A stretch of DNA of 64,000 nt, taken from contig OX597817.1 in NCBI GenBank assembly GCA_951406725.2, positions 63,364,001-63,428,000 of the forward strand, in the 5' to 3' direction. How positions within the stretch are numbered: the stretch's first letter is position 1; the number at the start of each line of letters is the position of its first letter. The stretch comes from Octopus vulgaris (taxonomy: Eukaryota). The position numbers and the translations under genes are program-made. Under the pieces are notes generated by a model. The model made no database searches, was not told the DNA's origin, and worked only from the letters and a program-made list of their open reading frames with translations. Of the stretch, positions 40,181 to 49,726 are shown one piece after another.

Positions 40181-41120
40181 TGGAAATATAGCACATCTGC
40201 AACAGGAGTTGGATACAATATACAGGTGGGCTGAGGACAACAACATGCAGTTTAATGCAGGTAAGTTCCAGGCCCTGCGCTACCGGCACACAAAGGTAAA
40301 CGACATGCAGACTGGATACAGTGGCCCGGGAAGAATTGCAATCCCCGAGTCAAAATCAGTGGTGACCTGGGCATTGACATGAGCAATGATGCATCTTTCC
40401 AAGTGCATATTACTAATTTGGTGATAAAATACAGACGGCTAGCTGGATGGATTCTCCGAACTTTCAGAACAAGAGAGAGGGAGACACTGATGGTCCTGTG
40501 GAAAACTTTCGTCCTCAGCCGCTTGGACTATTGCTCCCAACTATGGTCACCACACAATATAAAACTAACAGCAGAACTCGAAGCAATTCAATGAAGCTAC
40601 ACAAAGAAGATCGTCTCAATGCAACATATCAGCTATTGGGAAAGACTGAAAGTATTAAAACTCTTCTCCCTAGAGCGAAGGCGGGAGAGATATGTGGTGA
40701 TATACATCTGGAAAATCCTGGAGGGCCTTGACCCAAACTTTGGCATTCAAAGTTATCCCAACCGCAGAACGGGGCGCCACTGCATTTTGCCGAAGATTCC
40801 AACATCACCATCAAAATACAGGACCAGATACTGCAATAGCTTGGGTTTCAGAGGACCACAGCTCTTTACATCCTCCCTAAATGCCTGAGAGACTTGCATG
40901 GGTTTCTTTAAAACTAAACTGGATCTCTTCTTGTCGGGGGTCCCAGATGAACCTATCCCACGACAGGAGACACAGATGCGGACAGCGGCATCGAACTCCC
41001 TTGTTGACCTAGTGCCACGTATCAGAGGTGAATTCACATATTAGTGTAGCTCATTCAGCGGTGGTGCCCCAGCATGGCCGCGGCCTTCGGGCTGAAACAT
41101 TTTTAAAGATTTAAGGATTT
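40181..41120 (+). mobile_element. 5'-truncated CR1-like LINE (RT C-terminal region and 3' UTR)
   Basis: LQQELDTIYRWAEDNNMQFNAGK, SRLDYCSQLWSP, LEAIQ, SYWERLKVLKLFSLERRRER; frameshifts and a stop; short (ttaaagatt)-type tail. Confidence 0.88.
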
Positions 41121-41304
41121 ATATATACACACACATACATACATAATACATATATGCATGTAATATGCTCTGTCTGTAATGGAGCATTTTTTCTTAGCTA
41201 GAAGAAGAATATGTATATATATGTATACACACAAACACAACACAGGCATAATATATATGTACACACTCACCCACCCATACACACATATATGTGTGTATAT
41301 TTGC

Positions 41305-41366
<62 letters not shown>

Positions 41367-41524
41367 GTAAATGTGTATCTACATACACACACACACACAC
41401 ACACACAACGAAGCATTGTTTCTTAGCTAGAAACCCACTTTCACCCTTTAGGAAGATTTATCAAAGAATTAGAAAAGATTGTGTATATGTGCACGAACAT
41501 ACGCACACGTTCACCCGCGGTACA

Positions 41525-41567
<43 letters not shown>

Positions 41568-42397
41568 ACACACACACACACACATACACACACACACACA
41601 CACATTCTTTCATCTCTACTTTGTTGTTTTTTCTCTAAAGCGGATAATGGTTTCTGCCTAAGAATTAATGTTTCCCTTTTACAGTTTAGACATCAAACAT
41701 ATTTTCCTTGTTCTACTTCTTGACTGAATTTGCAAGGTACATGCCAGTTGATCAACAGAAAATTCCAAAGTTTCAAGGCTACTAATTAAATATTTAGTAA
41801 CATAATGATGCAACGTGACAATTTGTATATGAGAAGCATGTAAACAGAAACATATCCAGAAGGAGAGATCTTAATCAGGATAGTTAATACTTGAAACGCA
41901 CTTCCTGCTAAAAGTAAAGACTGACAATAGACATTAAAAGCAACAACACAAGAACATAAATATTAGTTTAACGCTTCAATGAGGAAAGAATGTTCCTAAA
42001 CGTTTCAAACGTTAGTCTTTTATCCGAAAAAGCGGAATGAAAAAGCGAAGCATAAAGAGAGTAGAAAAAAGAAATAGTGAAAGTATAAAAGAGATAAGTG
42101 TAAAAGTGAGGATACGGGAGAAAGGCGAAGGTAAATGCAGTTCTATTTGGGAGGAGTTAAGAAGGGTGGAATTGTAGGAAAATCTCTTTCAAGCTGCATC
42201 CTACCATTAAAAAAAAATATTTGATAATATACTCGTAGGATAATAAAGTCTTAGGTATACTGTTCTCGAACAATAACCAAAGACGTGTTGATCAAAGCCG
42301 GAACACTTTCGATTCACCACCACCACCACCACCACCAATAACAACAATACTTCGCCGCAACTACCACCACCACGACAACGACTACCACCACTACCTA

Positions 42398-42617
42398 TTT
42401 CTTTACTACCCACAAGGGGCTAAACACAGAGAAGACAAACAAGGACAGACAAACGGATTAAGTCGATTATATCGACCGCAGTGCGTAACTGGTACTTATT
42501 TATTCGATTCCGAAAGGATGAAAGGCAAAGTCGACCTCGGCGGAATTTGAACTCAGAACGGCAGACGAAATATTGCTAAGCATTTCGTCCGGCGTGCTAA
42601 CGTTTCTGCCAGCTCGC
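42398..42617 (-). mobile_element. SINE family A (tail type tgtttagccccttgtgggtagtaaagaaat)
   Basis: Reverse complement of the 31624-type monomer. Confidence 0.9.
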
Positions 42618-42853
42618 ACAGCCGTTGCCGCCACTGCCCCCGCTGCCGCCAATTCTACCGTTGCCAATATATCTTTTATTGTTTATTTCTTGTTTTAGTT
42701 ATAGGACTACAACCATGCTGTGACGCTGCATTGAGCTATTTTAGTCGAAGAGATCGACCGCAGCACTTATTTTTCTTTAAATCGGGTGCTTGTCCTATTT
42801 CCCCTTATGTCGAAACGCTAAGCGACAGCGAAAGGAGCAAGTCAACGCCGTTT

Positions 42854-43064
<211 letters not shown>

Positions 43065-43787
43065 CTCTCATATAATCTGGGGAGACTGAGGAAATGTTTA
43101 ATACTAGCTATTAAAGAAATTCTAAATTAATAAATTAATTGGATCTGTAATAGAAATAATACTGCTACTGCTGGATTTAATTTTAATTCTATAAAATAAC
43201 TTTTTTAAATATCTTTTTGTGGAGAGCTTCTCTAAATTTAATTGCCTTTTCTTTGTTCATTTGTTGCTTTTATGTGTTAGTTATACTATAGTATTTTAAC
43301 AAAAGCATATAAATGAATACCACAGCCGACAGATGGTATGTATTGTTGATTAAAATATTGGAATTTAATTAACTTTTCTTCATTCATTTTTTTTTTCAAA
43401 TTAAAACTAAAACCTAAGGGGCCGAATTTATTATGAAAAATTTCTCCGCAACATTTTAAGAAGGAAACTATTAATATTATTATGCCCGACTCCTGCTCAA
43501 AGATTATTTTAATCAGGAACCTATTAATGATTTTATTAGGCACCAATCTTCAAAGCTACAGGGTAGAGGAAATGAGAAATGTGTCGTGAAATGTTCCGAG
43601 TTTTATGCATTTTGTTTTGCGAAATTTTCTTTGTTGTAGAAGTGTTTTTTTAAAGCATTTGAAAAAAAAAAAAGAAAAAGATTGATGAACTTGTTTTATC
43701 ACGATCTTAACGCAAAATCTCTCGACCACTAATACATTCTGTTGCATCATATATGTTTCATATATCTTTTCACGAAACAAGAGAGCC

Positions 43788-43988
43788 CATAGAGATGAGG
43801 AATTATGTACTTTATTTACATTTGACAGATCATCTTGTTTGTTGTTAACACAACGTTTCGGCTGATACACCCTCCAGCCTTCATCAGGTGTCTTGGCGAA
43901 ATTTCGAACCTGGGTTCTCATATCAACCGAAACGTTGTGTTAACAGCAAACAAGATGAGGACATATATCCATCAAATGTAAATAATGT
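43788..43988 (-). mobile_element. Short Penelope-like insertion with minimal hammerhead, inverted partial copy and TSD
   Basis: Minus-strand gacac-CTGATGA-a-ggctg..cagcc-GAAAcgtt-gtgtt at 43892-43847; 43921-43988 is an inverted copy of ~43806-43868; aagagagcc at 43779-43787 and 43989-43997. Confidence 0.72.
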
Positions 43989-44161
43989 AAGAGAGCCAAT
44001 ATATGGAAGAATCCATTGGATAATGTACTTTACCTCCTCGTATGCCTACTTAATGAGGTCTAACTCGGGGTTTAAACAATCATAATAATATGCTTTCACC
44101 AGGCAATTATCTTAAAAACATAGGGACTCATTACATAATGTAGTCTTAGATACACATAGCT

Positions 44162-44209
<48 letters not shown>

Positions 44210-44324
44210 GCAATGGCTACAGGCGGAGGTCTTTGACCATAGATCTACTTTATCAAAGCTAACCTGGGATTAAACAGCAACAATAACAACACCAACAGTA
44301 TGTACTCTCACAAGCCAAAGTGGG

Positions 44325-44460
44325 AGCTTTTGTGTCAAATCTCGACTCGCTAAAGGTAATAAATCAAATTTTCCTCAAATTATACCCAGTTATCTTGAAG
44401 AGGAAGCAGACAGATTGAATAATAGTTGATCAAGGCTGACGCGCATCTAAATAACAATAT
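44325..44460. repeat. Left arm of a ~135-bp inverted repeat (partner 49594-49726)
   Basis: tgtcaaatctcgactcgctaaaggtaata...gcgcatctaaataacaatat is the reverse complement of 49594-49720 with few mismatches. Confidence 0.9.
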
Positions 44461-45279
44461 AAATTTTAGAAATTTAATATAAATTTAGAAAATTCGTTGA
44501 TGGGCAAGCCAATAGATAATCGGAACGTACCCCAGCACATTGCACCCTCATTAACGCAATGTTTTGATCCACGGCCATTCCCAACTAACAAGACGTGTTT
44601 CAGCTCGCTCTGACCAGTAAGTAGCTGTTGGAACAGAATACACATGAACCCAACTTTACAATTTTCAACTGAAAATTCTTCCTTCTCAAAAACGACAAAG
44701 CCTTAATTCCAGTGAAAGCTACGTTTTTGTATCGTGAACACGTATTATGAAAGATATAATACTATAACGATAATAATAATTATTCATATAGACTAAGACC
44801 AAAGACCAATTAGATATAGACTGCGGCCAAAGACACAGAAAAACAAAAAATAAATACAACCCAGCAGGACTACTGATAAACAACTGTAATTACTGGAAGA
44901 TCTACTATTTTCTGTGAGTAATTGGAATTTCCCTCAAAATAAGTTAAAACTTACAAACCTATCAGAATTCACTGCTGCTACTACTATCGCTACAAGTTGA
45001 TGATGACACCGAGATGTTTCTCCCCGTATCCCTTTCTTTCTCTGTGTTGGGAGAAAAGAGAATTTACAGTAAAAACATCCCTCAGCCCTCCCTCCACGTC
45101 AAATGATATTTAACCGTGTGGAATTTCCCTAACAAGTGCGTGCATTATAAACACACCAACCAATGTGGAAAGCGAAAACAGCTAACAGCAATAACAACAA
45201 ATAATAACATCTCATTTATCTGTATCTTCACTTTTTTTCTTCTTCTTCCTTTCTTTGTTTACCTTGCACCACAGTACGG

Positions 45280-46590
45280 ATGGGCAGACAGAACAAAACT
45301 GCCACGGTATCATCCGCGGATGAGCCATGCGACAAAACTGGTCGCTGTCCTACAATAGAACGTTGCCCGGCAAATCACATCTGTCATCTATGCACAAAAC
45401 TCGAAAATTCCTTCCGAAATAGATGGGTTGAATGCAGTAACTGTCGTGTTTCGATCTGCTTTCAATGTGCCACAAACTTTCAGAAGATCCCAGGTCAAAA
45501 GAAAGGACACCATACTTCTATGATGGATAAACTCTGGGAAATGGTCCAGCTACCAAACTGGTCGTTTCATTGCCTGACTTGTGTGGCGACTTGTGTGTCC
45601 CCTGCCACCATTGCTGCTGAACAGCAACAAAACCCGACAACCGTGTCCTCCGCTGCCATTGCTGCTGAACAGCAAAAACCGACTACTTTGTCTCCCAAAA
45701 CCAGCCCTGTTGATAAAGAACAACAGCAAAAACTGAATCCGCCCGTGTCTTCCTCCCCTGTCACTCTTCAACAGCAGCAACAAAAATCGGCCATTCATGT
45801 TGATGAACAACAAAAACAGAAACTTAAACCCCCTATGCCTTCCTCCCTTATTGCTCTTGGACAACAAAAATTAATCATTCCAGCCGAAGTACATCAGCAG
45901 GTACGAAAACCAACCATGCCCTCCTCTCCTGATGCTTCCCAACTAAAACGGAGATCGACCATCAGCACAGAAGTTGCAGAAATTAGACGAATGATTTCCG
46001 CTTTGAGTCGTGAGGTAGCAGGACTCAGAACCAGTGTCTGTCCAAAAACTCGCAGCGAAGGGTCATATAGGAGTGCCCTGCTCAGCAACTTACCTGTAGC
46101 TCGTACAGAACCTCAACGCATCGAGGGAGTTGCTGAACCGGCCACTCATGAATAAATAGCAATCGGAGTGCCGGAAGATGTGGCAGATCTGCAGGCATTT
46201 ATTGGAAACACGGCTAGGGATCTCAGCTGTGTCCCTCCAAAAAGTGCTTCCCGCCTTGGCCGACCGGGATCCAAACCCAGGCTGATCAGGCTGTTGTTTA
46301 CGGGCTCTACTGAGGCGCGGACATTCCATCTGGCTGCTGACAGAGCTCGGCGTGACAACATTATCAACTTTAGAACACGTCCTGGCCTACCACCCGATGT
46401 ACGCCCAAAGATAAGATCCGTGGCTTCCCTAAATCGCAACTCTGTGCCACGGGAGAGTTTTAGCCTCCGCGATGATGGGCAGATCTGGAAATTCGTCAAG
46501 TCTGGTGAGTCGTGGATAAGGGATGCCAGTTGGACTGAGCAGACTACACCCACAACAACAACTGGCAATGCAAAAATCTTGGGAAATTAA
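45280..46590 (+). CDS. LINE ORF1 (PHD-like finger, Q/P-rich linker, coiled coil, RRM-like C-terminus) with one in-frame TAA at 46153-46155
   Basis: CHLC..WVECSNC..CFQC..WSFHCLTC. ORFs 45280-46155 and 46168-46590 are in the same frame and read HE*IAIGVPE..RLGRPGSKPRLIRLLF, typical of CR1-type ORF1. Confidence 0.8.
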
Positions 46591-49508
46591 CCAAGAACAA
46601 TCAGCCATCCCCTGTATATCATCATCTGAAATCCAGATATAAACTGCTGTCCTTGAATGCCCGTAGTTTATGTAACAAGGTGCATCTTTTTGTCTCCTAC
46701 GTCAAAAGTATCAACCCAGATTTCATCACAGTCACGGAAACGTGGGCACACTCTGCACTCTGTGATGGAGTTTTCAGCATAGCCGGCTACAACCTGTTCC
46801 GCAAAGACCGCATTAATCGCCGTGGAGGGGGTGTGATGATTTATGTTCGATCAAGTCTATCGGCAATCCCCTGTGATGATTTGAACCAATCTCAGCAGGA
46901 GGTATTTTTCTGCAATGTACACATGGCCATGTCAACACTTCTGCTCGGAGTCGTTTACTGTCCTCCAAATTATCGCCAAGACGCACAGCTTTTTGATATC
47001 CTCAGGGCGGCTGCCATGAAAACAGCCACATATGTGTATGTTGCGGGGGACTTCAATTTCCCTGAGATTGACTGGGAGGCCTTCCGTTGGCCGCAAAGTG
47101 CAGATGATTTCCTTGAACTGGTGCTGAATTCGAATTGGTCCCAAGTTGTTACCTCCCCCACAAGGGGTAACAACACTTTGGATCTGCTACTTACCGCTTC
47201 TCCTGAAACAATCATTAGTGTCGCTACCGAAGAACCTTTGGGTGACTCTGATCATTCCATGATCATGGCCGACTTGTCTCTGATTGGTTGTAACAAAAAA
47301 CACAACCATCTTCAGATTGCCCGCTTTGACTGGAATAAAGCAAACTGGAGCTCTTATTGTACTGAGCTGCAACGCCCAAACTGGCGCGAATTTTATGCCT
47401 CTGGAGATGTGGACACTATACTCCAGAACATTCTGAATTCAATATGGGCAGCATGTGCAGCATCAGTACCACGCAAGCACAAAAAACCACCCAATAGTGC
47501 AATTTGGGAGACTGCAGCAGTCCGACTTGCCAGGAAAGAACGCCGTAATGCTGAATGGGAATACAAATTGCACAAATCAGAGAGCAACAGGAAAAAGCGC
47601 AATAGGTCAGCCAACCACCTCAAGCAGGTGACAAAAAAGGCAGTGCTTGAATTTGAACAACGCATTGCAGCTAACCCTGACAGCAAAGGGTTCTGGAAGT
47701 ATGTGCACTCAAAGCAGAGACCCCACTCTCCTGTTGGTCCCCTTCGCAATCCCCACACAGGACAGATTACTGGCAATCCCGAAGAATGTGCAGAAATCAT
47801 TGCTGGATGCTATGCCGGCATCTTTACTGTCGAAGACCAAAATGTTCCATCATCATCACCACTGACATCGGACTCTATATCTTCTATGCAATTTACACCA
47901 GCAATGCTGCAACGCCACCTAAAGAATAAACGCAATTATGCCTCTCCTGGTCTCGATGGTGTTACATACCTACTTCTCAAACGCGGTGGGTACTTTCTTC
48001 TAAGCCAACTTTCTCTATTCTTCCAATTCTGTCTTGACAATGGTGTTACTCCAGAACAGTGGAAAACTGCCAGTGTCATCCCTCTGTTCAAAAAAGGCGA
48101 CCGCACATCGCCTGTCAACTATCGCCCCGTCAGTCTTACCAGCTGCATCGCCAAACTGATGGAATCCTGTATCAGAGAAACCCTCTGGAACTTCTGGAAG
48201 TCTCACAGCCTCATCCAGCCGTCACAATTCGGATTTATTCCTAACTCCAGCTGCTGTAATCAACTCATCGAGTTTCTTGAGGATGTTACCCAAATCACTG
48301 ATCGCGGATCCTGGGTGGATGTTGTTTACCTGGACTTTGCTAAGGCTTTTAACTCTGTGCCACACAAAAGACTTATGGTGAAGCTTTCTGCGTTGGGTGT
48401 AAGAGACGAACTCTATAACTGGTTAAAGTCCTTTATTTTCGGCCGAAAAGAGGTTGTCACAGTTCTAGGACAGCACTCTTCGCCCTATGAGATGACATCT
48501 GGTGTGCCGCAGGGATCTGTTCTTGGCCCCCTTTTATTTGTTGCATATGTTAATGACATAGATGCCAACTTAAAGAATGCCACAGTGCTGAAATATGCAG
48601 ATGACATCAAGCTGTACCTCGAAATAAAGAGGTCAAATCCTATACACTATGGATCTCTATTGCAAGCAGACCTGGACACAATGCAGCAGTGGATCATGGA
48701 CTGGCAACTCAAGCTGGCTGTGGACAAATGTACCACCATGCATTTTGGGAGGAGAAACCCAGCGTCCACCTACTCCCTCCACAACACTAGTCTCAAAAAG
48801 TCTTCAAGTGAACGTGACCTGGGTGTTATTGTCGACAGTGATTTGCGTTGGACAAAACACATCGCTAAAATTGTCAAGAAGGCTGAGGGTGTCTTGGCAT
48901 CACTCACCAAATCCTTTGTGAGCCGCTCTCCGGCTATCTATCTGCGGCTTTATATAGCTATGGTAAGACCTCACCTGGAATTTGCATCACCGGTCTGGAA
49001 CCCCTATCTTGCCCAGGACATCAATCGTCTGGAAGCTGTTCAGCGACGTGCAACCAAAAGAATACCCTCCATCAGGCATTTGCCATATCCTGAACGCCTT
49101 ACTTCCCTGGGCATGGACACATTGAAACTCCGACGTCTGGCAGCTGACTTGGCAGACACCCATAAAATTATCAACCATCGCACAAACAATAACTCTGAGC
49201 ACCTCTTCAAACTCCACCCATCTAACACCCGTGGACATATTTACAAAGTAAGAAAACAGCACAGCTCCCATGACTTCAGGAAACATTTTTTCACGCTGAG
49301 AGTTGCTGAAGCGTGGAACAAACTGCCGGCATCGGTTGTTAGTTGTCGGAGCACTGCATCCTTCAAACTTCCATGCTTCCTGAGATTCGCCAACACTACA
49401 CTTGATTTTCTCCCCTCCATACACACACAAGCATGTTCACTTTCCAGACATTTCTACAGTACTGCATGTACTTTATATGCACTTTCTGACAAGTTGTGGT
49501 GCACCTGA
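46539..49508 (+). CDS. LINE ORF2: APE endonuclease + reverse transcriptase (no initiating ATG; probable 1-nt deletion near 49365)
   Basis: LNARSL, VTETW, GGGV, GDFN, LDL, SDH (APE); NYRPVSLTS, QFGF, YLDFAKAF, GVPQGSVLGP, YADD (RT). The frame is open from 46539. Confidence 0.93.
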   Translation, partial: ADYTHNNNWQCKNLGKLTKNNQPSPVYHHLKSRYKLLSLNARSLCNKVHLFVSYVKSINPDFITVTETWAHSALCDGVFSIAGYNLFRKDRINRRGGGVMIYVRSSLSAIPCDDLNQSQQEVFFCNVHMAMSTLLLGVVYCPPNYRQDAQLFDILRAAAMKTATYVYVAGDFNFPEIDWEAFRWPQSADDFLELVLNSNWSQVVTSPTRGNNTLDLLLTASPETIISVATEEPLGDSDHSMIMADLSLIGCNKKHNHLQIARFDWNKANWSSYCTELQRPNWREFYASGDVDTILQNILNSIWAACAASVPRKHKKPPNSAIWETAAVRLARKERRNAEWEYKLHKSESNRKKRNRSANHLKQVTKKAVLEFEQRIAANPDSKGFWKYVHSKQRPHSPVGPLRNPHTGQITGNPEECAEIIAGCYAGIFTVEDQNVPSSSPLTSDSISSMQFTPAMLQRHLKNKRNYASPGLDGVTYLLLKRGGYFLLSQLSLFFQFCLDNGVTPEQWKTASVIPLFKKGDRTSPVNYRPVSLTSCIAKLMESCIRETLWNFWKSHSLIQPSQFGFIPNSSCCNQLIEFLEDVTQITDRGSWVDVVYLDFAKAFNSVPHKRLMVKLSALGVRDELYNWLKSFIFGRKEVVTVLGQHSSPYEMTSGVPQGSVLGPLLFVAYVNDIDANLKNATVLKYADDIKLYLEIKRSNPIHYGSLLQADLDTMQQWIMDWQLKLAVDKCTTMHFGRRNPASTYSLHNTSLKKSSSERDLGVIVDSDLRWTKHIAKIVKKAEGVLASLTKSFVSRSPAIYLRLYIAMVRPHLEFASPVWNPYLAQDINRLEAVQRRATKRIPSIRHLPYPERLTSLGMDTLKLRRLAADLADTHKIINHRTNNNSEHLFKLHPSNTRGHIYKVRKQHSSHDFRKHFFTLRVAEAWNKLPASVVSCRSTASFKLPCFLRFANTTLDFLPSIHTQACSLSRHFYSTACTLYALSDKLWCT

Positions 49509-49593
49509 GCACTGTATACAATAATTTCATTATTATTATTTTTATACTGTCTTAGTTAACAAAACTATAAATATTTGCGGGAGTAGTACGTAT

Positions 49594-49726
49594 ATATTGT
49601 TATTTAGATGCGCGTTAGCCTTAATCAACTATTATTCAATCTGTCTGCTTCCTCTTCAAGATAATTGGGTATAATTTGAGGAAGATTAGACTATTACCTT
49701 TAGCGAGTCGAGATTTGACATAAGCT
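49594..49726. repeat. Right arm of the inverted repeat (partner 44325-44460)
   Basis: Reverse complement match to 44325-44460. Confidence 0.9.

Larger units (their letters stand above)
45230..49540 (+). mobile_element. Near full-length, young CR1-like LINE
   Basis: PHD-ORF1 + APE/RT ORF2 + short 3' UTR ending (ATT)n at 49529-49540. The 5' end is approximate and no TSD was found. Confidence 0.92.

Noticed and set aside
46090-49430. Multiple antisense and alternative-frame ORFs inside the LINE
   Set aside because: Shadows of the GC-richer ORF1 and ORF2 coding sequence.
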